A stretch of DNA of 20,466 nucleotides from Coleofasciculus sp. B1-GNL1-01. GTDB lineage: Bacteria > Cyanobacteriota > Cyanobacteriia > Cyanobacteriales > Coleofasciculaceae. Location: NCBI GenBank assembly GCA_040220235.1, contig JAVJTO010000086.1. One strand, given 5' to 3'. Below are positions 7,301 through 14,388 of the stretch, piece by piece (positions within the stretch are counted from its first letter, which is position 1; each line of letters starts with the position of its first letter). The notes beneath the pieces were generated by a model. The model was not told the origin of the DNA, did not search any database, and saw nothing but the letters and a program-made list of their open reading frames with translations. The translations under genes and the position numbers were made by a program.

Positions 7301-9876
7301 GAAATCTTAGTTTAGCCAAGCAGTATCTGGAAGACTCTTTAGCCCGCTTTCACGAGTACCGTATGCGCTACTATGAAGCGCATTCACTCACCCATTTAGC
7401 AAGATTAACAGCTTTAATAAATTCGCATGAAGAAGCATATAACCAAAATCAAGAAGCGATAAGTATTGCTAAAGACATTAATGCCCAGTCAATTGTTAGA
7501 GTTTGTCTGGAGACTCAAGGAAAAATAGAAGAAAATAAAATTTTAAGTAGTTTTAATTTTGGTGAACAAGAAAAAAATACAAAAGACTTGATTGCATCAG
7601 TATGGCGGTGCTATGATGATGCAATTGAGGCAATTCATGAATTAACAGGCAATAAAAATATAAATCGACAGATCGCACAACTACAAGTTCACAAAAAGCT
7701 ATGGCTGTTCACAGTTAAGCATTTATGTAAAGAGGCTATATCTGATGATGATGCCTATGGGTTGTTACAGACAGAAAAACTGCCTCAAGATGTCATCTAT
7801 ATCGAATTATTAAATTTCAAGTATACCCTTGGTATTTTGAATTCCATATCCTCTGGTCTCGCTTCCAGAATAGCCGATTGTGCTTTAAGCATAATTTCAC
7901 CTCTAGCTATGCGATTTGGGTTCAATGAGTTACGTGAAGAATTAGAAGAACGAGCTTTGGCTTTTCTCCATCCGGACGAATACGAAGAAATTAACCAAGC
8001 TCTGGAAAGCCGATTCCCACAGCGAGAAGACTTTATCGAGAATCTCACTTCAGACTTAGAGTCTCTTCTTGAAGAAGCTAAAATTCAGGCTGAAATTTTT
8101 CCTAGAGCTAAGACAATTTACAGTATCTATAAAAAGTCAAAAGCTCGTAAAGTGTCTTTAGACAAAATCCTGGATATCATTGGGGTTCGTATTATAACTC
8201 AAACTGAAAGCGAATGTTACAAAGTCTTGGCAATTGTACAGGAAATGGGAAAATTTTTTCAGGGAGAAGGAATTCTGAAAGAAAGCCTCAGAGATTATAT
8301 TAAACATCCTAAGATTACAGGTTATCAATCTATTCATATCAATATCAGATATGGAGAACCACAGGCACGAATTGTAGAATTTCAGATCCGGACACACAGG
8401 ATGCATCTTGCCGCAGAGGTAGGAATTGGTGTACTAGGTCTGGATCAGGCTGCTCACTGCCGTTATAAAGATCCAGCCTCCTATGCTCGACCGTTGTCAA
8501 AAAGAAATTATGAACTGGCACAGAGTCAACGATTAAATTTGGTAGTTAAATGCCAAAAAGAATCTGTAATAACAATAGGTAATATTATTCGATCTAGCAA
8601 ATTTGAATTATTGAGCGTAGATCTTGATAAATTTTCAGATCAGCGAATAATACTCCAGCTTAATATAGTAACTAAAAGTCGTCGTTATAGGAAAGAAAAA
8701 ACAGAAATAAATCAGGCTCATAATCAGCTAGTCGAAACTATTAATGAAATACCAAATTGTGAGGTTGTTAATGATAAAAATAAAGAATCAGAACTTAAAA
8801 TGATTAGCATGTCTATACAAGACAAAGCTTTATTACTCCAAGAGTTAACTAGGAATTCAAGTGATTTAGACAAATTCATTTACCTAATAACTCCCAAAAA
8901 TGATGTTAAGAAACTACAGAAGGGGGCAACCCCTATTGATTTTGCCTATCGTATTCATACTGATCTAGGTAACCACTGTGCTGGGGCGCGAGTGAATGGG
9001 CAGATGGTTACCCTGGATACCTCCCTGAAGACTGGGGATATTGTGGAAATCATCACCAATAAAAACAGTCATCCTAACTTAGGCTGGCTGCAATTTGTGA
9101 AGACTAGTAGTGCCCGCAATCGGATTCGTCAATGGTATAAGCGATCGCATTGGCAAGAAAATATTGACCATGGTCGAGAACTTCTGCAAAAAGAACTAGG
9201 CAAAGATGGACTTGAAACTCTGCTGGAGTCTGAAGCAATGAAGGACGTGGTGGAGCAATGTAATTATCATAGCGTCGATGATTTACTTGCTAATTTAGGT
9301 TATGGTGAACTCTCCCTCAATCGGGTAGCTAATCGCATACGAGAAGCTACCAATAACAAAAAACTAATTGATAATACCCCTGAGTTGTCAACTACGCCTC
9401 CTACAATCTTACACACCGTTAATATCTCCTCAAGCAAGTCAGCCATTGCAGGGATAGAAGGATTAGGCTATCACCTTGCTCATTGTTGCAATCCTGTACC
9501 TGGTGAACCAATTATTGGCGTTGTCAAACTTGCAGGACGTGGTATTTCTGTTCATACCCAGGAATGCCATAATTGGGACAATGTACCAGATGATCGCCTG
9601 ATCGAGGTTAGCTGGAATAATACAGAAGGTCAAACTTACCCAATTTATATTCAAGTCGAAGTTTGTGACGACGTGGGTGTCCTCAACAACATCACTAGTC
9701 TTTTAAAGGATCTCAAAATTAATATTCGAGATATCCGTATGGATCGTTACGCTGACAAAACGGCTATGATTTATTTATGCATTGATATCTACGATCATAA
9801 ACAGATTCAGCGAATCTTTTCCCAAATAAAAAAGCTAAAAGGCTATTTGAGTGTGCGCCGTAGTAGTCAAGTATGA
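4339..9876 (+). CDS. Multidomain protein: caspase-like peptidase C14 / STAND NTPase / TPR repeats / RelA-SpoT synthetase / ACT-like / TGS / ZFD / ACT
   Basis: YFSGHG (H80) and LDCCFSG (C129); Walker A GESGVGKT (269-276), Walker B FFIDG, GHPLA, MHPL; TPR-like helices ~aa 560-1100; synthetase motifs RAKTIYSIYKK, LDIIGVR, DYIKHPKITGYQSIH, EFQIRT; TGS TPIDFAYRIHT; CC-H-C zinc finger; terminal ACT. Confidence 0.9.
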   Translation: MAKLALLIGISQYEFGLDPLPGSIKDVQAMEKVLRHPERGGFDAVEVITNPDPQQMREKIEALFADCHKDDLLLLYFSGHGITDNRGKLYLTSPTTKKTRLAATAIPSDFVHSLMLTSPSRKQVMILDCCFSGAFAKGMTAKADAAVLTSSGLLEYSQSGTDLSLYTRFLVEGMETGAADLNKDGIISVDELHEYAKEKIVQCSTEIKPEIYPFKEGHKLSLTQTSICFQEPLLPIFTPPSFPDFYGRQTELEQVKKLLQASPVVILWGESGVGKTYLAAQLAHQLSNDYKVCWLDKEELTLEELLLQVNEFLKSNGEYGFVTTYAEDKITSTHKIPTLVQVISTSKLAKYAFFIDGFQIANHSEIEPFIQRFRTHGGKNRLILIDHSPEQSLGVWLASRVHKFNVAGFQYEEAVKYINQRCQASGIECSLNDVIAVIEKTAGHPLAIDLVIQWYSLLGNSMGNLLHRLVEYDKRYGAELNKRLLENVAIHLDETEREALSRLSVFRTPVQRSAWTYLDISESVGESLLQRRLLTRVDCDKFQMHPLIAEFWRTSQSEEEMVYWQEKVAHYYWQQGKQSPLETLDRRAYLDSYYHWCKIGQLETAAQVLNDLVGRSHEKERLLSERLTGLGEWLLNLDDAIFVDKPWLLLEKGRKLEKQGSAANAEEIFKNAYEIFEQQGNQLGASVALYYVGKMRHLRGQPELALQALKSVLEIAESQADFPMQIRTLGKMIGCYTDLGQCDNARNVANTADALATRSDDQLGLALILYRQGSIERHQSNFLEAEEFFNDSAKKFAELGDIYRESKSWARLGICQKSQSKLKKAEDNLKHAIELKQSINDRHGEARDLDYLADIYTHLGRYEEAEKSYRESLNIKEGKDGIQPDVYGQIKTYNNLARIALLTGRLDKADELLQESKKRIDQQNKRYIGVNGSRLIIQGDLQFNQGEYEAALQSYTEAAACFTSPNPEVPSSYARVLFCFGQTYLTLGNLSLAKQYLEDSLARFHEYRMRYYEAHSLTHLARLTALINSHEEAYNQNQEAISIAKDINAQSIVRVCLETQGKIEENKILSSFNFGEQEKNTKDLIASVWRCYDDAIEAIHELTGNKNINRQIAQLQVHKKLWLFTVKHLCKEAISDDDAYGLLQTEKLPQDVIYIELLNFKYTLGILNSISSGLASRIADCALSIISPLAMRFGFNELREELEERALAFLHPDEYEEINQALESRFPQREDFIENLTSDLESLLEEAKIQAEIFPRAKTIYSIYKKSKARKVSLDKILDIIGVRIITQTESECYKVLAIVQEMGKFFQGEGILKESLRDYIKHPKITGYQSIHINIRYGEPQARIVEFQIRTHRMHLAAEVGIGVLGLDQAAHCRYKDPASYARPLSKRNYELAQSQRLNLVVKCQKESVITIGNIIRSSKFELLSVDLDKFSDQRIILQLNIVTKSRRYRKEKTEINQAHNQLVETINEIPNCEVVNDKNKESELKMISMSIQDKALLLQELTRNSSDLDKFIYLITPKNDVKKLQKGATPIDFAYRIHTDLGNHCAGARVNGQMVTLDTSLKTGDIVEIITNKNSHPNLGWLQFVKTSSARNRIRQWYKRSHWQENIDHGRELLQKELGKDGLETLLESEAMKDVVEQCNYHSVDDLLANLGYGELSLNRVANRIREATNNKKLIDNTPELSTTPPTILHTVNISSSKSAIAGIEGLGYHLAHCCNPVPGEPIIGVVKLAGRGISVHTQECHNWDNVPDDRLIEVSWNNTEGQTYPIYIQVEVCDDVGVLNNITSLLKDLKINIRDIRMDRYADKTAMIYLCIDIYDHKQIQRIFSQIKKLKGYLSVRRSSQV

Positions 9877-9907
9877 TAAAAGGTCGCACAGTGAGGCAGT
9901 TTCGAGT

Positions 9908-9968
9908 TATAGCGCTACGCGCCAGGGAATAGGGAATGGGGAATGGGGAATGGAGAAGAAAAAAGCTT
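9908..9968. mobile_element. Truncated MITE end (TATAGCGCTACGCGC) with GGGAATG/GGGAATA heptamer repeats
   Basis: TATAGC terminus like the element at 229, followed by about four heptamer units; the partner inverted repeat is not found. Confidence 0.5.
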
Positions 9969-10129
9969 GCTCATCGGTTATCCATTCATAGAATTCCAGG
10001 GACTCTTGAGAGCAGTCAACACAATGGTGACAGCGTTTTGGAGTCGGTAACTTTTGCACTCTCCCTTTGCGGATGAGTCGGTTCAACATACCGCGTAGAG
10101 CATCTGCATGGATGCCAAAATGAATCTGC
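9969..10129 (-). pseudogene. feoC: Internal fragment of a second feoC allele
   Basis: 161-bp ungapped match to 11234-11394 with 7 mismatches; lacks both the start and the native 3' end. Confidence 0.9.
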
Positions 10130-10155
10130 CATTGTTATTTGCAGAATCAGTAGAG
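10130..10155 (+). repeat. Direct repeat copy 2 (coaR 3' end), right boundary of accessory segment
   Basis: Identical to 3474-3499; encodes HCYLQNQ-stop. Confidence 0.95.
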
Positions 10156-10198
10156 CGTCGGTTCAATAAAAGTAACACCGATTCAGGAGGTCACGCCG

Positions 10199-10981
10199 AT
10201 GATCAACACGACTCTTAACTTTAAGAAAGCACCTGGTCACCAAGTTTTAGCCGCAGCAGGTAAAAAGATTTTACGTCCGGGGGGACGCACCGCGACTGAA
10301 CAGCTTTTTGAGTGGGCAAATTTTCAACCGGGAGAGACGGTATTGGAACTTGCGGCTAGTTTTGGCTATAGTGCGATCGCACTGGCTCAATGCTTTGGTG
10401 TCAGGGTTGTCGGTGTCGAGAAGAACCCTGAGAGTGTAGCACGGGCGCGGGAGAATATCCAGGCAGCAGGGTTAGAAGGACAGGTGGAAATTATTGAAGG
10501 CGATATTTTTCACCTAGAAGCTATTCCTGGACAATTCGATTACGTTCTAGCAGAAGCAATTCTAACCATGCAAGCTATCCCTGGTAAAGAAAAGATTTTG
10601 CAAGGTGTTCGGCAAAAACTAAAGCCAGGGGGTAAGTACCTCGCCCATGAAGTATTGGTTAAAAACCATGAGGAGCAAGTTCACAAAACCCTATCCCAGG
10701 TTATTCGCGTAAATTCCACACCCCTATCCTTAGAAAACTGGAGTAGCCTCTGCGAAAAAACCGGACTCAACGTGCAGCAGTATCAAACGGGAGCGATGAA
10801 TTTGTTAAATCCTATTCAGATACTGCGAGATGAAGGCGTAATTGATACCCTTCGGATTTTTTGGAATGTGTTAACTAAACCGCCGATTCGGGAGCGAGTT
10901 TTGGCAATGCGTCGTGCCTTTCACCAACACCGAGAGGATTTAGGATATATCGTATTTTGTGCCATTGCTAGCGAAGCCTAG
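10199..10981 (+). CDS. Class I SAM-dependent methyltransferase
   Basis: LRPGG, motif I variant VLELAASFG, VVGVE, GDIF, FDYVLAEA, LKPGG; AGGAGG RBS at 10186-10191. Confidence 0.85.
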   Translation: MINTTLNFKKAPGHQVLAAAGKKILRPGGRTATEQLFEWANFQPGETVLELAASFGYSAIALAQCFGVRVVGVEKNPESVARARENIQAAGLEGQVEIIEGDIFHLEAIPGQFDYVLAEAILTMQAIPGKEKILQGVRQKLKPGGKYLAHEVLVKNHEEQVHKTLSQVIRVNSTPLSLENWSSLCEKTGLNVQQYQTGAMNLLNPIQILRDEGVIDTLRIFWNVLTKPPIRERVLAMRRAFHQHREDLGYIVFCAIASEA

Positions 10982-11054
10982 ACAAATTGTTTAGTCCTAG
11001 TCGTTGCTGCTAGGGAAAAGGATCGCGCTGTTCAAGCGGTATAGCAACGGTAGC

Positions 11055-11082
11055 GTAGAGACGTTGCATACTACGTCTCTAC
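11055..11082. repeat. REP-like palindrome between convergent genes, possible terminator
   Basis: GTAGAGACGT-tgcatact-ACGTCTCTAC, perfect 10-bp stem; a related partial copy is at 15305-15328. Confidence 0.7.
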
Positions 11083-11171
11083 CTGTATTTCTTGGTCTTT
11101 CAGGGTGAAATTATGACTATTACACGCTTGGTCATCGCCCGGTTTGGCGATCGCAAGTCTATGTGCCAATA

Positions 11172-11456
11172 CTACTGAACCGATGCTTCAGTGCTATGGG
11201 AGCAGCACTCCTGCTTGTTGATCGCAGCCGCAGGCTCATCGGTCACCCATTCATAGAATTCTAAGGACTCTTGAGAGCAGTCAACACAATGGTGACAGCG
11301 TTTTGGAGTCGGTAACTTTTGCACTCTCCCTTTGCGGATGAGTCGGTTCAGCATACCGCGTAGAGCATCCGCATGAATGCCAAAATGAATCTGCATTTGA
11401 GCCAGGGATGCTCTCCCCTGCTGGGACAGATAGTCCTGAATCTCATTCAAAATCAT
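11172..11456 (-). CDS. feoC: FeoC-like winged-helix protein
   Basis: MILNEIQDYL, ALRGML, RKGRV winged-helix pattern with CxxCxxC; downstream of feoB. Confidence 0.85.
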   Translation of the reverse strand: MILNEIQDYLSQQGRASLAQMQIHFGIHADALRGMLNRLIRKGRVQKLPTPKRCHHCVDCSQESLEFYEWVTDEPAAAINKQECCSHSTEASVQ

Positions 11457-11550
11457 GTCTTTTTTCCGCTTTCAACACTCAGTTATGATGAACCGATTAA
11501 ATGTATCTGGCGATTCATCGGTTTCTACAATGCTCCCTAATACTTATTCA

Positions 11551-12030
11551 TTGGACTTTGGACAAAAAAATAAATTTGCGTAATTTATTTGCCAAGGCAT
11601 TTAGGGCAGAAAAATTAGATGTAGGGGCGGGTTTAGGGAATTTGTAGGGGCGGGTTTAGGGAATTTGTAGGGGCGGGTTTAGGGAATCAATTCAGATATC
11701 CACCAATAACGGAAAAACAAAACCCGCCCTCCCCACCAATAACGGAACAAGAAAACCTGCCCATTCCCCCACCGAACGGCAATCGATTAATCCCAAACTG
11801 GACAACCAAACCTACCTTATTCTCAACCGCGATCGCACAAAAAAAAATGTCGAAATTGGGGCAGGGCGGGTTTTGTAGAAAGGTGATTGGTGACTCCATT
11901 AATTTTGTCCCTAAACCCGCCCCTACATTGGGTTTTATGTCCCCATATTATAGGTTAATATTAACCTGAAACCCGATCAAAAAACACCAGATTCCCAACC
12001 GCGATCGCACTTTGTTTGTCCAAAGTCCAG
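11551..12030. mobile_element. 480-bp MITE with TIRs and 7-bp target duplication, carrying a REP cluster
   Basis: TGGACTTTGGACAAA (11552-11566) inverted at 12015-12029; TTATTCA directly repeated at 11544-11550 and 12031-12037. Confidence 0.8.
11621..11926. repeat. GTAGGGGCGGGTTT REP cluster
   Basis: Three tandem 23-bp units GTAGGGGCGGGTTTAGGGAATTT starting 11621, 11644, 11667; inverted copy at 11909-11926; degenerate copies between; another copy at 15364-15379. Confidence 0.85.
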
Positions 12031-12048
12031 TTATTCAGCAAACCCTAT

Positions 12049-14388
12049 CTAATTGCCGATCATCTGACGCCTGTTCCGGCGAACGGGTTGTGCGATCTTA
12101 AAACCCACAATCGTGATCGCCATGACCAGCACTAATCCCGCAATCCAAGCCAGGGATGTACCCGGTTGCTGAGGGAGTATTGCCCCTTGGTAAAATAACG
12201 TAGCACTCCAGTAGGCAAGTCCTGTCGTCCAAGCTGCCACAAACACCGTCCATCCTACGTTGGTTTCCCGGTAGATGGCGGCAGTCGCGGCGACACAGGG
12301 GAAGTACATCAGTACAAACAGCAAATAGGCAAAAGCACCCGCTCGACCGTCAAAGCGTTGAACCATAGCGCCAAAGGTACCTGTGGTTACCTCTTGCTCC
12401 TCAGCCGCCGCTTCAAGATTGCTCACATCACCCACCGATATACCCAGGGGGTCAAGCAGATTACCAGGAACCTCGGCTAAATTAGCTGGGATCGTGGCAA
12501 ACGCTTCACCAATCCCTCCCCAAAAGTCAAAAGTTTCTGGCGTTTCTAGCGTTTCTGGCTCTACCTCTGCTCCCAGTTGACCGTAAAGGGAGTCAAGTGT
12601 ACCCACCATCGCTTCCTTGGCAAAAACCCCGGTAAAAATACCCACCGTCGCGGGCCAATTGTCTCGCTCTAACCCCATCGGTGCAAAGACGGGAGTGATT
12701 GAGCGGCTGATGGAACTGAGAACCGACTTATCCGTGTTTTCCTGACCAAAGGAGCCATCAGTCCCGATTGAGTTCAATATACTCAATACCATCACCATGA
12801 TCACGATAACTTTCCCTGCCCGCAGCATAAACCCTTTGAGCCGATCCCAGGTACGCAATAACACCCCTTTAAGATTCGGTAGATGGTAGGGGGGGAGTTC
12901 CATGACAAAGGGCGAGGCTTCACCTTGTAACAGGGTGTTTTTCAAGACCAACCCGGTGAACACCGCCATGGCAATGCCAATCAGGTAAAGTCCAAAGACG
13001 ACATTCTGACCCGCTATCGGGAAAAACGCCGCCGCAAATAAAGCGTAAACCGGTAGTCGTGCGCCGCAGGACATGAACGGGTTCATGACAATGGTCATCA
13101 AGCGATCGCGTTGATTTTCTAGGGTGCGGGTTGCCATAATCGCTGGTACGTTACAGCCGAACCCCACTAACATCGGCACAAAGGATTTCCCCGGAAGTCC
13201 AACAAAGCGCATAAAGCGATCCATGACAAACGCGGCTCGCGCCATATACCCAGAGTCTTCTAAGACAGAAAGGCACAAAAACAAGATGGCAATAATCGGG
13301 ATAAATGTCGCCACTGTCTCGATCCCGCCACCGATCCCCTCAGCCAGCAGAACTTTTAGCCATTCGGGTGTACCCATCGTGCTGAGTAACTCGCCGAAAC
13401 CTTCGACAAAGATCGTCAGCGTCACGAGATCGAAAAAATCAATAAAGGCACCGCCGACATTAATCGTCAGTACAAACATCAGGTACAGTACCACCAGAAA
13501 GATGGGCAGACCAAACCAGCGGTTGAGTACCACACTATCGATTCGGTCAGACATATTACTGCTGACTTCCCGGGTGCGTTCCGTCGCCCCATTAACCAGC
13601 TGACGCACAAAGCCGTAACGACTATCGGCAACGACAATATCGATATCTTCGCCCAGCACCTGATGAATCTTGCGGCGCTGCTCTACCACCTGTTTTTCTA
13701 ACTCCTGTCCTCTCAACTCAGGCGCAATCCGGTCTTCGTACTCTAGCAGTTTCAGCGCCGTCCAGCGAGGTTCAACGGCTCGGTCAGGACTTTGTTCCAT
13801 GACGATGGGCATCACCTGAGCGATCGCGTCTTCGAGTACGGGGGGATATGCCACATAGCTGTGGGGTTTGACTGGGTTTTGCAGGTTCTGATTAATCGTA
13901 TCCCGCAGGATCGCCACACCTTCATTACGCGATGCGACTAATGGTGTTACCGGACAACCCAGGCGTTCTGATAGGAGAACGGTATCGATGCGGATACCCC
14001 GATCCTGCGCCACATCGGTCATGTTCAGCGCCACCACCAAGGGGAGGCGCATTTCCATGATTTGGGTAGTCAGATACAGGTTCCGCTCTAAGTTAGAAGC
14101 GTCAACAATATTAACCACTAAGTCGGCTTCGCCAGTGAGCAGGTAATCTCTGGCAATAATTTCATCGAGTCCAGTGTCTTGGTCTTCAGCATCCAAGGAA
14201 TAGACGCCCGGTAGATCAACAACGGTAATATTCTCGTCGCGATCGCGATAGTTCCCTTCCTTGCGCTCAACGGTGACTCCGGGCCAATTCCCGACGCGCT
14301 GGGTGGCACCGGTTAAGGCGTTAAATAGGGTGGTTTTGCCGCAGTTGGGATTACCGACTAGAGCAATAGTCCGCTTATGCATTCTCAT
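12049..14388 (-). CDS. feoB: Ferrous iron transporter FeoB
   Basis: G-domain GNPNCGKTT, VGNWPGVT, DLPG, NMTD; membrane domain with EDSGYMAR, GFGCNVP, PFMSCGAR, FVMELPPY, YFPC. Confidence 0.97.
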   Translation of the reverse strand: MRMHKRTIALVGNPNCGKTTLFNALTGATQRVGNWPGVTVERKEGNYRDRDENITVVDLPGVYSLDAEDQDTGLDEIIARDYLLTGEADLVVNIVDASNLERNLYLTTQIMEMRLPLVVALNMTDVAQDRGIRIDTVLLSERLGCPVTPLVASRNEGVAILRDTINQNLQNPVKPHSYVAYPPVLEDAIAQVMPIVMEQSPDRAVEPRWTALKLLEYEDRIAPELRGQELEKQVVEQRRKIHQVLGEDIDIVVADSRYGFVRQLVNGATERTREVSSNMSDRIDSVVLNRWFGLPIFLVVLYLMFVLTINVGGAFIDFFDLVTLTIFVEGFGELLSTMGTPEWLKVLLAEGIGGGIETVATFIPIIAILFLCLSVLEDSGYMARAAFVMDRFMRFVGLPGKSFVPMLVGFGCNVPAIMATRTLENQRDRLMTIVMNPFMSCGARLPVYALFAAAFFPIAGQNVVFGLYLIGIAMAVFTGLVLKNTLLQGEASPFVMELPPYHLPNLKGVLLRTWDRLKGFMLRAGKVIVIMVMVLSILNSIGTDGSFGQENTDKSVLSSISRSITPVFAPMGLERDNWPATVGIFTGVFAKEAMVGTLDSLYGQLGAEVEPETLETPETFDFWGGIGEAFATIPANLAEVPGNLLDPLGISVGDVSNLEAAAEEQEVTTGTFGAMVQRFDGRAGAFAYLLFVLMYFPCVAATAAIYRETNVGWTVFVAAWTTGLAYWSATLFYQGAILPQQPGTSLAWIAGLVLVMAITIVGFKIAQPVRRNRRQMIGN

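Noticed and set aside
7790..9876. Calling the large ORF the housekeeping rel/spoT
   Set aside because: No HD hydrolase motifs, diverged synthetase, fused in frame to caspase-STAND-TPR within an accessory segment.
9907..10089. 60-aa ORF as a functional second feoC
   Set aside because: Starts at an internal Met, lacks the N-terminal helices, and its tail is translated heptamer repeat.
3474..10155. Prophage or integrative element with attL/attR
   Set aside because: No integrase, phage or conjugation genes; the feoC fragment at the junction fits a recombination scar better, though trans-acting integration is not excluded.
11621..11687. Possible CRISPR array
   Set aside because: The 23-bp units are directly adjacent with no spacers and no cas genes are present.
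11687..11899. 70-aa ORF
   Set aside because: Lies entirely within REP/MITE sequence.
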